A program made the translations under genes and the position numbers. 64,000 nucleotides of DNA, taken from contig CM059432.1 in the NCBI GenBank assembly GCA_030390025.1, positions 51,214,001 to 51,278,000 of the forward strand, in the 5' to 3' direction. The first letter of the stretch is position 1. Each line of letters begins with the position of its first letter. The DNA is from Squalus acanthias (lineage: Eukaryota). The notes under the pieces are model-generated. The model was not told the DNA's origin. It saw only the letters and a list, made by a program, of their open reading frames with translations, and did no database searches. Shown here piece after piece: positions 51,001 to 64,000 of the stretch.

Positions 51001-51840
51001 CTGCTCTAGAGCCTTGACATTTCCCTTGCTGCTTTTAAATTTACTCTTTCCTGAATCCTTCCACTCCCCCTTCATTAGTTTAAAGCCCTGTCGACTGCCC
51101 TAGTTATTCGATTCGCCAGGACACTGGTTCCAGCCCGTCCCAATGGAACAGCTTCCTCTTTCTCCAGTACTGGTGCCAGTGCCCCATGAAGCAAAACCCC
51201 TGCCTCACACACCACTCTTCGAGCCACGCATTTAACCTTCTAATCTGCTTATCCCTATGCCAATCCAGAGACTATTACCTTTGAGGTTCTGCTTTTTAAT
51301 TTGGACCCCAACTCCTCAAACTATCTCAGCAGAACCTCATTCCTAGTTCTACCTATGTCGTTGGTTCCTACGTGGACCACGACAACTGGATCTTCCCCTT
51401 CCCACTCTAAGTTCTTCTCCAGCCGCAAGGAAATGTCTTTAACCCTGGCACCGGGCAGGCAACACAACCTTCAGAACTCCTGGTCGCGGCTGCAGAGAGC
51501 AGTATCTATCCCTCTGACTATACTGTCCCCTACCAAAACTACATTCCCTTTCACTCCCCCCACTTGAATGGCCTCCTGCGCCATGGTACCATGGTCAGCT
51601 TGCTCATCCATCCTGCAGGCTTTTCCCTCATCCACACAGGCAGCAAGTACTTCATATCTGTTGGATAAGGACAAATGCCGAGGCTCCTCCAGCACTTTAT
51701 CTGGGGTCCCCTTACCTGCCTGAGTTGCAGTCACACCCTCCTGTCCCTGACCACTAACCAGACCTGTACCACTACCTAACCTAAGGGGTGTGACTGCTTC
51801 CTGGATCAAAGTGTCCAAGTAACTCTCACCCTCCCTGATG
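48015..51840 (-). mobile_element. Long, multiply deleted CR1 LINE (3' tail to ORF1)
   Basis: (aacataag)n tail at ~48016, RT motifs (YLDFQKAFDKV), endonuclease MGDFN, and ORF1 VLVGDSIVRG at 51471-51818. Confidence 0.88.
50045..50807 (+). mobile_element. Hairpin-rich Harbinger-type MITE nested in CR1
   Basis: Termini ggcctgaaaattaaa/tttaatttctgggcc with flanks att/aat. Homologous, inverted, to 61005-61769. Confidence 0.75.
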
Positions 51841-51989
51841 AAGGCCTTTGAGAAGACAGAACACGCTGCAAATACTCAGCAGGTCATGCAACATCCGTGG
51901 AGAGAAAAACAGAATTTATGTCGCAGGTCGAGATGCTGCTTGACCAGCTGAGTATTTCCAGCATTTTATGCTGTCATTTCACATTTACA

Positions 51990-52800
51990 GCATCCGCTTG
52001 CAGAGGGACGAGGAAGACACAGAAGAGGAGGAAGCAGAAGAGGAGGACTCAGATGGAAGGATGCATCCCAGACAGCCCCTGTGTGGCCGGGATATCGTGG
52101 ATGGAATCATCTGCCTGTGGTCCCAGTGACCACAACCCTAATTCCCCTTTCAACACTAGTCCCACACCTTACCTTCCATCTGTTACTGACCATCACAATG
52201 TCTTCTTGGCCACGATGCTGAAATAAAAGCCACCACAAACCAAACTTTCCAATCCACCTATATACACCTATCCATCCAATGTGACATCAAAAAAATCAAC
52301 TCATCACCCATATGCATTCTCTTGGTGAGTATCATGTGTGTGCCTTTGCCTATCCTACTGATGTCATGCAGTGGCTGCAGCATGGCTGGCGGAAGGCTGC
52401 TGACTTTCAGTGGGGAACACTGCAAATGTCCTTGCTGGCTGACCTTGAGGAGCTGGTGGCTGGGAGTGTCAAATCAATCTTCTTCTTGTTCTTCTTCACT
52501 CTCCTCTCCCTCTTCTTGGTCACCCATTGGCTGGTCAGGCTGCATTTCTTGGGTGTGTGAAATGAGGAAGGCACAAGGGTGGAGTTGTGGTGACAGGAGG
52601 GCAAGAAAGCAGGAGGTGCATGCCAGAAGGAGGATAACATATGAGGATACCTGCATCTTGTATCCTTTCAGCCCCACTGTTGGCCAAGGGCTCAGCCATG
52701 CTCCTGTCAAGAATGGCCTGCACTGTCTCCTCCAAGGAGGTGAGGTGAGGCTAGGAATGGGAGATGTGCCTCTTGATTGGTGCAATTGTTGGTAGGTGGG
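51990..52800. mobile_element. Decayed Harbinger inter-gene region with Myb exon remnants
   Basis: Acidic transposase tail (+) and minus-strand exon pieces, homologous (inverted) to ~58560-59400. Confidence 0.6.
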
Positions 52801-53992
52801 TGATGAATGAAAAATGATCTTAGCTCAGTTTTGAATAATTATTATTGCCAGACATGGCCCAAGACCAACTAGAGGTGAACCAATTGGATGTTGTTAAAAT
52901 AAAGTCAGGTCATGAGAACATAAGAAAAAGACAAGATTTAAAAAAAGGCAATTCAGCACATCGAGTTCATCCCTTGAGTACTCCAAGTTACCCAGCCTAC
53001 CATTCAACTACCTTTTGACCTCACCACTTTACCTGGATGATTATTTCAAATAATTATCCTTTGAGTAAAGAAATGAGGGCTGAAATTCCATGGGGACATG
53101 ATCCTGACAGTAAGTGCCTGGATTGCATCTGTCAGTGACCTCTGCCACTGATCCTGCTGGAGTTTGGGGGTCGGGGGGGGGGGGGGTGTGGTGCTGGGTC
53201 AGTGAGAGATCGGGTCAGCTCATTTGCATGGAGCTTGTGCAAACCTGCACCACTAGGAGCACATCTCAGGTTCTCGCTGCCCCAAGTTGTCAGGCTTGGG
53301 TGGGGACAGTGTCAGGTTTCCCCCCCCTCCCCGAGAAGGTGCAAAATTGTTCCTTCAGTGGCCCACTTGCCATGAGAGCCATTCTACAAATGTGATGCCC
53401 AGTTCTGCCCTGCAGAAGGTTTGTATGCCTCTTCTCACTCAGTGCACCAGCCTCTAAATTTACACCAGGTCTCCTTGAGGCCAAAGGCGTGAGAACTCCC
53501 AGTGTAGGGAGACCGCACCCTCAGCCATGCCCCCTCTGTGTCAGAAGGCCACAAAAAATTTCAGACTTCAGCTAAGTTTGCAAAAGGTCTGGTGGACTCT
53601 CGCTGGAGTTATGGTGCGAGTTCACCAAAACAGATAAGCAATTTTGGCATCAGGTTTTCTGAGATCAGTTTTAAATCTATCTTTCACTAATTTAAATTTA
53701 TATCTTCTGATCCTACTACTCTGACTTTTGAAGCAGTATTCTGGGTTAATCATATCAGTGTAGCGTTTAATAATTTATATATTGCGATGAGATACCACTG
53801 TTTCATTTCTCCAGGCTGTAGAATGTAAACTTCTCTAATCCTCTCTCCTAGCTCATCCACATTACAATTAGAATTACTCGCCTAGTTCCTCTTTACCCTC
53901 TCTCAGTGCATGTATGTCCCTTGTGATGTATGGTGACCAAAACTGCACACAGTACTCCCACTGTGAATTCATCAGTGCATTAAAAACACTCA

Positions 53993-54635
53993 GGGCTGGA
54001 TTTTCATTGACCTGTGGATGCGGGTTTGGAGGCGTGTGGGGGGTTAAAATTGCGAAAACTGGCGGGCGGGCACAAGCCCGCCTCCATCCCGCCTCCACGC
54101 AATTTTCATGAAATTGTGTCTGCTGGTCCTGACTGCGTCCCGCCTTTAAGAGACAGGATAGGCTGTTAAGGCCCTTAACAAGCACTAAATTGGCTCTATA
54201 ATGCAGTTTTGAAAGGCCTTTGTGATTTTAACCCTTGTTCTATGTGAAGCACGCCTGTTCTGAACCACGATTGTGAAACCTGGCGGGAGCACATTTGGCT
54301 GGCTGGATCTCTCTCTCTCTCTCTCTCTCTCAGTGGTGGTGTAAAAATATCTGGGAGCAGACTTCGGGCTGCTGCTGCTCATTTTGCATCCAGGTCCTCT
54401 CACAGCAAAGGCCAGGCAGTCTCTGAAGACCTTCAATGCAGCAGCAACGATGACATCATCAGAGGCGACTTTCAGACTGAAAACACTAATTGGTTCATTG
54501 GTTCCCACATGCTGGAACTCAATTGCCCAATTAGGTGAAAATTGCATCAATCTCCCACATCCAATTGCAGTCGGGTGGATAACACGAAAAGTGGATGACA
54601 CGACACCAACCCGCCCCAGTATCAAAATCCAGCCC
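53993..54635. mobile_element. Harbinger-type MITE
   Basis: Perfect 12-bp TIR gggctggatttt/aaaatccagccc with a TCA TSD, inside an old CR1. Confidence 0.85.
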
Positions 54636-57600
54636 TCAGTATAACCTCTTTACATAACTGGTCCACTGTTCTGGTTATGTATCCCAACATTCTATTTCTA
54701 CATTAAATTGTTTCTTCGCATTGGGGGTAATTTTAACTTTTATTGCCGGCTGAAAAATGAACGAATCGGCAGCCCATTTTACACCTCACCCAATTTTATT
54801 TTCCAATGGCGATAAAAGTTAACATTACCATTGTCTTGATATTAAAGACATGAATATACCTGTTTGGGACCTCACTGGCTATAATTAAATGGTTACCATG
54901 AACTGGCTTTGCACAATTGCAGTATATTGGTGCATTTTAACAATTCTGTACCCAAGTTCTAGGCAACCTAATTATAACACAGATTATGGCTGGGAATTTC
55001 CTTGAAGTTACTCCTGCTCCACCACCACAACTGTGCCAGAAGTGCAGTGGTAACCCTGTTTACATGTGAAATCAGGGTTTCCACTGCACCTATGGCAGCG
55101 GAGTGGAGAAGCTCCAAGCAAATTGCTGGTTGTATTTACTGTTTGTTCTCTGTATATTGTAACAATTCTGATGGCCAAAGGTATACAAAAGTTAAAAATA
55201 TTAATAAAACAAGGCACCCAACTCTGTTTAATCATGATATTCATAATATAGATTACGGGTCACTTGTAGCCCAATTTCCTTCACCTGTGACTCTCAGTTG
55301 GTCTATCTACTCTGGAAATTCCTTGAGCTAGGATTTCCTCTTCACTACAATAACCCCAGTGAGAAAAAAAGCAGAGGAATGCTATTTTGGAGGCAGGGCT
55401 CTTCCAGCATGTAGAGTACAAGTGAAAAGGCCATTCAGTAACTGCTCGCTATGGCACATTTGAAATCAGGAGCACCCAAAGAGTAGAGTTATGGGGTAGA
55501 TTCACGTCCCATCATTCCATAGGACAGCATGCTGGAAAATATCTGAGAGTGACGTTTAAGAAAGCTGCTGTTTTTCTTAAATAAAAACAGAAAATGCTGG
55601 AAATACTCAGCAGGTCAGTCAGCATCTGTGGAGAGAGAAACAGAGTTAACGTTTCAGGTCGATTACTTTTCTTTCCTTCTTGTGACTCCCAGTAGCTTTT
55701 GGGCCTCTATGACAGAATTTTCACACTATTACTACATCATAGAATTCCTGTTCATCATAGGGTCTGATAGAATATCTATGAAAATTTCCTGGGTTTCATG
55801 CTTTATGATGGGCCTGTGTCGATGACTGGTGTTCCTTGGTGTTCCTGTATCCTCTACAAACTGAATTTGCATAGTGTTTAATAATGTCGATTATTTGGAG
55901 GCTTTAGCAGAGGTTTTCTGATCGGGTTTGTCCAACTTTCATGTGTAAAGTGGGTGAGCTTGATTGGAAAAGCAGGCAGAGATCCATTATGCATCACACG
56001 CACGTCTCGGGGTTGGGAAAATGTGCTCAGGTCAAGCTCATCAAACGTCACTTAAATATTCATTTGAGGCAGGGGATCCTGAACATCATTTCCTAATGTT
56101 CTGGTGTGTAGAACATCCATTCCTAATTATACCAATGTGAATTGGCCATCCAGACTTGCTAGGTGGTGTTAAATATATAGAAGTTCTTTTAAAGGTCACA
56201 GTAATGTTGAGGTAATTGCATTGCAGTCACTTCCTGACTGCTTTTCTTCCTTTTGTTCTGCTGGCAACTTGGTTCTCATGAACCTTTGTGCCAGTTCTTT
56301 ACAATTTTTTTTTTTTTGCCCCAGCGCCATTATTGGCAACAATGGGAATCCCCCTAGGGGCGCAGGATGTTAATCCCTGAAATTGAGCCTTCTAGCACTT
56401 ATTTTATGCACGTAAAATGGGTGCTATGAGGCCCAATTTCTACCCCAGTGTTCTTGAAGTTTGCGTTGAGCTTCATTGGAAAAGTGAAGGTCATAATCTG
56501 TCTTTTCTCTTTACAGAGCTGAGCTTCCAACGGCATATCCTCCCCCTCTCAAAGACCGTCAACTTCGACCTCCATAACATCGCTCGTCTCCACTCCCGGC
56601 CTCAGCCTATCTGCTGCCAAAAATCTCATCTATACCATCTTCATTTCCAGACTAGACTATTCCAATGTTCTCCTGGCCAGCCTCCCATCTTCCACACTCC
56701 ATAAACTTCAGCTCATCCAGAACTCTTCTGCTCATATCTTGGTGAGTGCCAGATACTTCTCATGGATGGTAAAAATATGAGTGAGTGGCTTTATTCATGT
56801 GCAGCTCCCAGCTGCTGGCTACTGAATGGCAGTGACAGTGGCCTGGAAGCAATTAACATTACCATCCTCTAAAGATAGAAATGCAGGAGAATCTAACAAC
56901 AGGAAGAAAAATGATCATGTAAAAGCCAAGGAAATCAAGCTGTATGTTCTGCAAACAATAGCACTGGCTAAACATTACAATATCTCATTGCTGAAAATAT
57001 ACTGTGTAAAGAAATCTTACTGATACTAATTAACTGGAACATAGGCTGAGGCATTCAGTGCTGACCTGGTAGGTTAGTTTCTTTCTGTTTCCTTTGTCAC
57101 ATGAATTTCTCCCTGCAGGGTAACTTCATCATTAGAACTCAACAGGGCAGTGAAAATTGTACCAAGATCGCAACAGATCAGTACAATCATACAGGTTCAT
57201 TTATTTGCAAGAACATCTGCTAATAGTAACAGAGTGCAGTGCAGAATATTCAGAAAATAGCAGCAAATAGCTGGGAAATAATTGCTGTAATTTGGGGAAA
57301 GGCTTAATTCCTTTATCTCTGTAATAGATTATTCTTAAGGCATACTTCTGAGTGTGAAATGGAACAGAATTGGAAGTTATTGGAAAGATAATCTCAGGTT
57401 TCATTTCTCCACTATCAACCACATCCATAAAACCCTTTCCTCTACCCCCTCCACTTTCAACAATAACTGGTGTGAGGAGTCCAGGAGGGCCTTAAAGAGA
57501 GCTGGAGTGGCAGAGGGTTTTAGGGAGGAATTTTCAGAGCTTAAGGCCTAGGCAGCTGAAGGCATGGCCGCAAATGGTGGAGCAATGGAAATCGGGAATT

Positions 57601-57777
57601 CACGAGAGGCCAGAATTGGAGGAGCACAGAGATCTCGGAGGGTTGCAGAGAAAGTCTTTCTTTCTATTTGTGAAATGTCTTTGGTCACTTTAAATTTGGT
57701 TACTACTAACTTGTTTTATACTCATCGGAGGGATACACATCACTACCTGGTATGCAAAATGGCACTTCAAAGGCCTT

Positions 57778-59924
57778 GGGGGTGAAATTCGATAAAGCCC
57801 GAAAATGGGCGTTGGCCCATTCAGAAAGCGCAGGCAGCATATCAATTTGGTGCTGCCTGCAACTTTACATGATAGGAGCACACAGCCTAGCGACTTTCGT
57901 GCTGCTGACAGGCTGTGTGCTCAGCAGGGGGCCCAAGGTAGCGTCACTGGAGCGAGGCTGCCTTTCCTTAAAATTGCCTTTTCTTTTTCAAGGCAGTCTC
58001 TAGCCCTTAAAGGGGAACTGCCTTCTGAAAATAAAATCATTCTGAACTAGGCAGTCTGCAACTCTGACAGCTGAATTGCCTTCTGCAAAAAAAATTAGAA
58101 ATCCTTCAGAACTAGGCAGTCTGCAGCTCATAAAGCTGAACTGCCTTCTCCACATAAAAATTGCTAAAAGTGCTTCAGCACTAACATAAATGGCTCAACA
58201 GGCCAGGGAAAGGTCTCAGATGCAGCACTCGAGCTTTGTGCAGGAGAGTCAATATTAGAAGAAAGGTCCTCTACTTACAGGGGGCCAGGAGGCCCTCCAG
58301 AAAGAAGGATGTGGGACCTGATCACTGAGACCGTCACGGCCAGCAGTGTTGCCCCCAGGACTTGGCTCCAGTACCCAAAGAAGTTTCATGAACTCAGACC
58401 ACTGGTCAAGGTCAGTGAATGCATCTTCAAAAGCTGTCTCCTACCAACTGCACAACTAGCCTCACACACTGCTCAATGCACGATGCCCCCATCACTCCAC
58501 TCACCTACCAACAATCTCTACCAACCAGGAGGCACACCTCACATTCCTAGCTTCACCTCACCACCTTGAAGGAGATGGTGCAGGCTATTTTTGGCAGGGG
58601 CATGGTTGAGCCCTTGGCCAGAGGCAGGGCTGAAAGGATACAAGATACTGGTATCCTCATACGTTATCCTCCTTCTCACATCCCACTTCCCCCTCATCCC
58701 ACAATCTCTTCTGATTTACAAGCTGCACATGATGTAAGCATGCACATCTTGCTTCCCCCAGCCCCCCCTCACCACACCCTACTTGTGCCTTCCTCATTTC
58801 AGACCCAAGAAATCCATCCTGCCCAGCCAGTGGTTCACCAAGAAGAGGGAGAGGAGAGTGAAGAAGAAGAAGAAGAAACACTGTCACTTGATTTCACACT
58901 CGCAGCCACCAGCTCCTTGAGATCATCCTGCAAGGTCATTTGCAGTGCCCCCCACTGAAAGTCAGCCATGCTTCCACCAGCCATGCTGCAGCCACTGGGG
59001 TAGCACTGTGTGACAGCACTAGGATAGGCAAAGGCAGATGCAAGACAATCACTAAGGGAATGCACAAGGATGATTAGTTGATTTTTTGATGTAATATTGG
59101 ATGCATATATGGGTAAAGTTGGATTGGAAAGTTTGCTTTGTGGTGGCTTTTAGTTCCGCATTGTGGCCAAGAGGACGCTGTGATGGTCAGGAATAAAGGG
59201 AAGATAACATGTGGGACAAATGTTGAAAGGGGAATTGGGGTTGTGTTGCCGCAGGCAGATGATTTGATTCCAGGTATCCTGGCCAGAAAGGGGCTGTCTG
59301 GGATGCCTCCTTCCTCCTCTTCTGCTTCTTCCCTCTGCGAGCAGCTTGTTCCCTTTGCTGCCTCTGCTTCATCTCAATGTGATGTCGCAGCCCAAGGGGG
59401 ACTGCAACTAGAGCCCCCAGGACGGTGAGCAAGTGGTCTTCTCAGAGGCCTTCCTTTAACATCCAAAGCCTTGCAAGTGTCCTGCAGCACTCTCTACACA
59501 CTTTAACAACTTTTTAAATGTATTGCACCAAGCCACTACTCTGATAAAATGTAAATAAAACAGTCCAAAAGCTAAAATCTAAACTTACCTGAAAGATGTG
59601 TGTGTCCGTTTAAGAAGCACTGGCAGTGTCTCTGAAGTACTGTTGCAGGCGCGTTCTTCCGTGCGTGGTTTGAAGAGGGCGGTATCCAGAGTGGCGACAT
59701 CCAAAATCACAGTCGTGCGTCAATTGAAGCGTTGCACACCAATTGACATCACGATCTGCATAATTTACATGTGGGCAGCGAGTGCAGGCAACAGCAGCGC
59801 TACCGACCTCCTCAAAATGGCAGCCGCCGTGTTCCGCATTGGCAGCAGGTGGAAGTGAGGCAGCTGCCATTTTTCAGCAAAACCAACCTTAACAGCTGGC
59901 GCAAGACCTCCGAATTTTGCGGCC
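57778..59924. mobile_element. Internally deleted Harbinger element
   Basis: Termini gggggtgaaattcg/cgaattttgcggcc. Myb remnant WDLITETV..PRTW.Q..KKFHEL (+) and an acidic transposase tail (-). Confidence 0.7.
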
Positions 59925-61004
59925 ATTATTCTCACACATATATGTTTAATTGTAAAGCAGGTAGAAGCCACTTAACACACACTGCCTGCTTTATCCTGAA
60001 ATCAATCAAATTAAGGTAATTATGGGGTAACAATACAAATGAGCTGGGGTTTAGAATACCTTAGCAATCATTTGACAAGCTTTATTTAACAATGAAAGAC
60101 AACTTTTGTTCCTCTATACTGAGATTTTCAACTTCATTGGCACTTGCAGTACTGTATATCCCAGGCAGCGTGCTCCCAGATGCCCAGTTCTTCTGGGTTC
60201 ATCAAGATAACAAGGAAAAGTTAAAGATTCTGTGGTTGTCGGAAATGCCTCATATTTTTCCACATTGGACTGCATCTGCCACCTGGTTATCCATCCAACT
60301 AGCCTATCCATATCTCATCGCAGTCTTTCACAATTCTTGTCACAATTTGCCAAACCCCCAATTTAGTGTAATCATCAAATTTCAATACTGTTCTCTCAAT
60401 TACTAAGTCCAAATCAGTTATGGGTATAAGTCTCGATTTTGCGGGATCCCACTGGTGGCATCGGGCCTTGTGATGCGGGTCGAAAAATTGGTCGCTGAAC
60501 TCTTGCATTCAAATCGATTTTCCAATGGGTGTTTTGGGGGCAGATAATGAGGCTATGCTAATGTATACTTTTACATTTTGGCATATATTGGATAAGCAAG
60601 TACATGATTGTACGTTATATAGATTCAGGTCTTAATTAAAAAAAAGCAGAAAAATTAAACCTTTCTCAGCTTCTATTCTAGCTAGTACGTATGTGTCAAC
60701 AGTTGGAACTATTTATAAAGGCAAGCCTGGAACTTAGTGTGTGCAAATATTACTGTACAATATTACATTTATTCATCTACTATCTTACCAGAGGTGTTAA
60801 ATTGCTTAAAACAAATGGGTTAATGGATTTGTTCGAACAGAAGACAAAAGAATTTGATACATATATGTCAAATGTTTGTTATACTGCGAACAAGACAGCA
60901 ACAACAAGTTACATTTGTATAGCTCCTTTAGTGTAGGAAAACACCCCATGGTGATTCAGAGGGACCATGTAATATCAAGGCCAAAGTGTTCATATAAACT
61001 TAAT

Positions 61005-61769
61005 GGGCCAGAAATTCGGCTCTCCGGCTTCCTGCGGGTGCAAGCATCGCGCGCGTATTTACCTACCGCGCCTGCCGTTGTGCTTCGGGCCCACGAGGAA
61101 TTCGGGTCCTGGGCCTTCTCCAGCTGTCGGCGCGCAGTGTTTGCGTATCCCAGGGGCGCAGTTAGTTCGAAGCGTCCCCTGGGATCACGTGGGCCATGGA
61201 GAGCCAATTGTAGCAGGGAATTTTCATTCATAGATTTGACAGGAAGACCTGTCAAATCTATGAACAGAGATCGGCCCCAAAACCACACTAAAACTTCAAA
61301 TAATTTTTTAAAAAACCATCACATTTTTAAAATAACGATAAATTACATAAATTAACTACTTTAAACAAAAATTAAAATTTTTGAAAAAATTAATTACACT
61401 TTTTAATGGTGCTAAAAAAAAACTTACCTTTCTTTAAAGTATCTAAAAAAGATAAACCTGTTGAAAAAATGTTTAAATTGTCATTAATTAACCACTTACC
61501 TTGTTAAAAACAGGCCTTGCACCTCCTTTTTAAATGTGCAGCTTCTCCATACTTACCCTCACGGAGAAACCTGGAAAAAAAAACGAAGTTCGCTGCGTGC
61601 ACGCTGCCTCTCCCGCGCATGCGTTCGACTTCTGAACCCCTTCCTTCAGGGGAATGGAAGTTCCGGTTTCCAGCGCATGCACAGTGCATGCGTGAAACCG
61701 GCACTTCAGCTGGCCTTACGGGTGAGTACACAGCGCGTACTCACCTGACAAGAGCCGAATTTCTGGCCC
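61005..61769 (-). mobile_element. Hairpin-rich Harbinger-type MITE
   Basis: Perfect 19-bp TIR gggccagaaattcggctct/agagccgaatttctggccc; the TSD is not clean (aat/atg). Confidence 0.82.
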
Positions 61770-62077
61770 ATGTTTTAATCCAATTTGTAGAATATTATCC
61801 TTTAATAACACAAGGAGATTTGAAAGTATTAACCACCTAGTTTTCAATGCAGAAATTCCTTCAAAAGTAATTCTCCTTTTTGCTGCAGAGAAAGCATTGA
61901 ACCGATTGGAATGAACATATCTGTTCCATCTCAGACAAATTAAATCCGAAATATATCAGAGTTGTTCTCCTGGATTATTGAGTGCAACTCCTCTCAAGGG
62001 ATTAAATCTCTCAGTTATAAGACACCAAAATATTCTCTAGCCTTGTAGGAAGCATGATTCAACCCCTAAGAAAGATT

Positions 62078-63309
62078 AGCCCGAATTTTAATCGGGAGGC
62101 GGGTTGGGAGCGGCGAAATGGGGGGGCGGGGGGTGGGGGGTGGTGGGTGGTGGCTAGGAAACAGTCAGGAAACCCAGGAGAATGGGTTTCCAGCGGGCCC
62201 TGCCGAATTTAACGGCAGGTACTGATTTGCATTTGAAACCTCTGTTTCTCACCAGCGGCCAGCCAGGTGGAGAGGCTGGCTGGCTGCGGGCTGGTAGGCC
62301 TGCGTCACTAGGCCGCAGAGAGGAGAGCGGAAGGGATCGGGTGAGGGCCAGGGGGCCATGTTCCTGTTAGTTTTTTTTGGGTGCGCAGCCACTTTTAGGG
62401 GCTGCACGGCCCATTTAAAATACCGCTCATGCGCGTTTTTTCCTATTAAAAAGCCGCGAGCCACCTGCGCGGGAGGTCCATTGCCGGGGTGGGGGGGGGG
62501 TGTGGTCGGGGGCCGGACTCAAGCATCAGGGGGGCGGGTAGGGAGAGAACATTGAGGGCCAGAGAAGGATCTGTGGGGAGGAAGAGAACATCGGGGGCTG
62601 GAGGAGGATTGGGGGAGAGGAGAGAACATCGGGGCTGGCCTGAAGATCATCGGTGAGGGGAGATGGAGGCCGGGAAGGCGATCAAAGGTCTCGTGGCGGG
62701 TGCAGGGAGGCCGGGAAGATGAACGGAAGCCTCGGTGGGGGGATGGGAGGCCAGGGGGTGGAATCGGAGGCCTTGGATGGGGTAATCAGAGGCGTCGCGG
62801 GGGGGGGGAATCAGAGGTCTATGGGGAATTGGAGGCCTTGTGGGGGGTATTGGAGGCCTTGTGGGGGGGACCAGAGGCCTCATGGGGGGTATCGGAGGCC
62901 TTGTGGAGGGGATCGGAAGCCTCGTGAGGGGTCTCCGATCGCGGGGGGTGGTGGGTTAGGTAGTGATGCTGGGTCCAGGAGGTAAGTGTAAAGGCATTAA
63001 CTTCTGGATCCAGCAGTCCTCGCCTTCCATTAGCTGTCGGGTTTCCTGAGGCCTGCAAACCCGACCAGCCACTGTTAAATTTAAAATGGTGGTTAAATCT
63101 GAGTCACACAAGCCTCATTATAATATTTAAATAGATGACCCGCCTCCTGGGAGCACGTTGGCTTCTCCCTCGCCCCTCCCCACCCCAACTTCCGTTAAAA
63201 CTGGAAGTGGGTGGGTTGGAGGCGGGTTTTGGTCAGGATTCAGTTTTTTAACACTTTAACTTCCTACCTGACTTCACCCCACCCATTTTTTGGGGTTAAA
63301 ATTCCCCCC
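62078..63309 (+). mobile_element. Harbinger-type MITE with a G-rich internal repeat tract
   Basis: Termini agcccgaattttaa/ttaaaattcccccc with an ATT TSD. Degenerate ~21-bp ggaggccttgtgggggg repeats at ~62760-62930. Confidence 0.7.
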
Positions 63310-64000
63310 ATTGTATCAGCTTTCCACTAAGTAGCTGCAATTGCTTCTGATGTGTCATTGAGAACAAGATATTCCTCACATTCCTCTTTGCAAAGTCTGT
63401 GTTATGGTCCTGCATTACAGATTCATTGACCCCTAGAACTAAGATTATACGATATAGACAACAGACAACAACCTGGTCCCAATGTGAATGCTATCTGATG
63501 CAATAATATCAATCATTGATGAAAGTAGGCCTGTAAGGGAAGACAGAATAAATTTGCTATGAATTCTAATGTACAATTTTAAAATCTGAATCTATACAAC
63601 GTACAGAGTGATATAAACAGACTAAAGGTAACTGCAGCATTTGAGTGAATAGTTCTGCAATAATCCACAGGACTCATTTCTCTACAGCACCACAAAGCTG
63701 TGTGGAAATCTGCTACAGCATGACTTGGACACCTCCTTGATTTCTCTAGCTTTGGGCCTGTGATTATATTCCAATCATTTTCTAGTATGAGAACAAGTAT
63801 GTGGAATCAGGACATATCTGAGGTTATGGATGTGTAAATAGGACTGGGGCTTTGATAAGTGGAATAATCATTTTTACCCTCCCACTTCTCTATTATCTGT
63901 GCCATATAATTGCAGCCTCCATCTCTACTGGATGAGCCTTATATCAATCCTACATTACACTTTAGCAAATTCAATTTAGCAGGCCAGGCCAAAACCAATC

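Larger units (their letters stand above)
15491..60890 (+). pseudogene. Putative decayed multi-exon host gene (dispersed exon-like remnants; tentative CCDC162-like family)
   Basis: Protein-like + strand segments, most with a splice signal and with stops or frameshifts, at ~15491-15664, 25661-25862, 27693-~28470, 34884-34996, 35199-~35315, 47502-47658, ~56800-57010, 57119-~57280 and ~60680-60890. The family resemblance is from memory only. Confidence 0.4.

Overview
Repeat-dominated vertebrate genomic DNA. The repeat families present (CR1/HER1-type LINEs, L2, Penelope pseudo-LTRs, a Deu-type SINE, many Harbinger elements) point to a cartilaginous fish, probably a shark; this is an inference. I recognised no intact host gene, rRNA, tRNA or CRISPR array. 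(1) An apparently complete, young PIF/Harbinger DNA transposon (38241-42579) has TIRs, a CAG target duplication, an intact 386-aa DDE transposase and a convergent three-exon Myb/SANT partner gene. That gene is broken only by one extra G in a homopolymer. (2) About a dozen decayed or non-autonomous Harbinger relatives are present, with unusually variable 3-bp TSDs. (3) Minimal hammerhead ribozymes sit in Penelope pseudo-LTRs. (4) There are two long solo LTRs, one with a foamy-virus-like TATA/splice-donor/poly(A) layout. (5) A hairpin-rich MITE pair conserves structure, promoter motifs and three splice donors. (6) A chain of degraded + strand exon-like segments between the repeats may be a pseudogenised multi-exon gene, tentatively CCDC162-like. 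Family assignments rest on motif recognition only, with no database search. Boundaries of old fragments are approximate.
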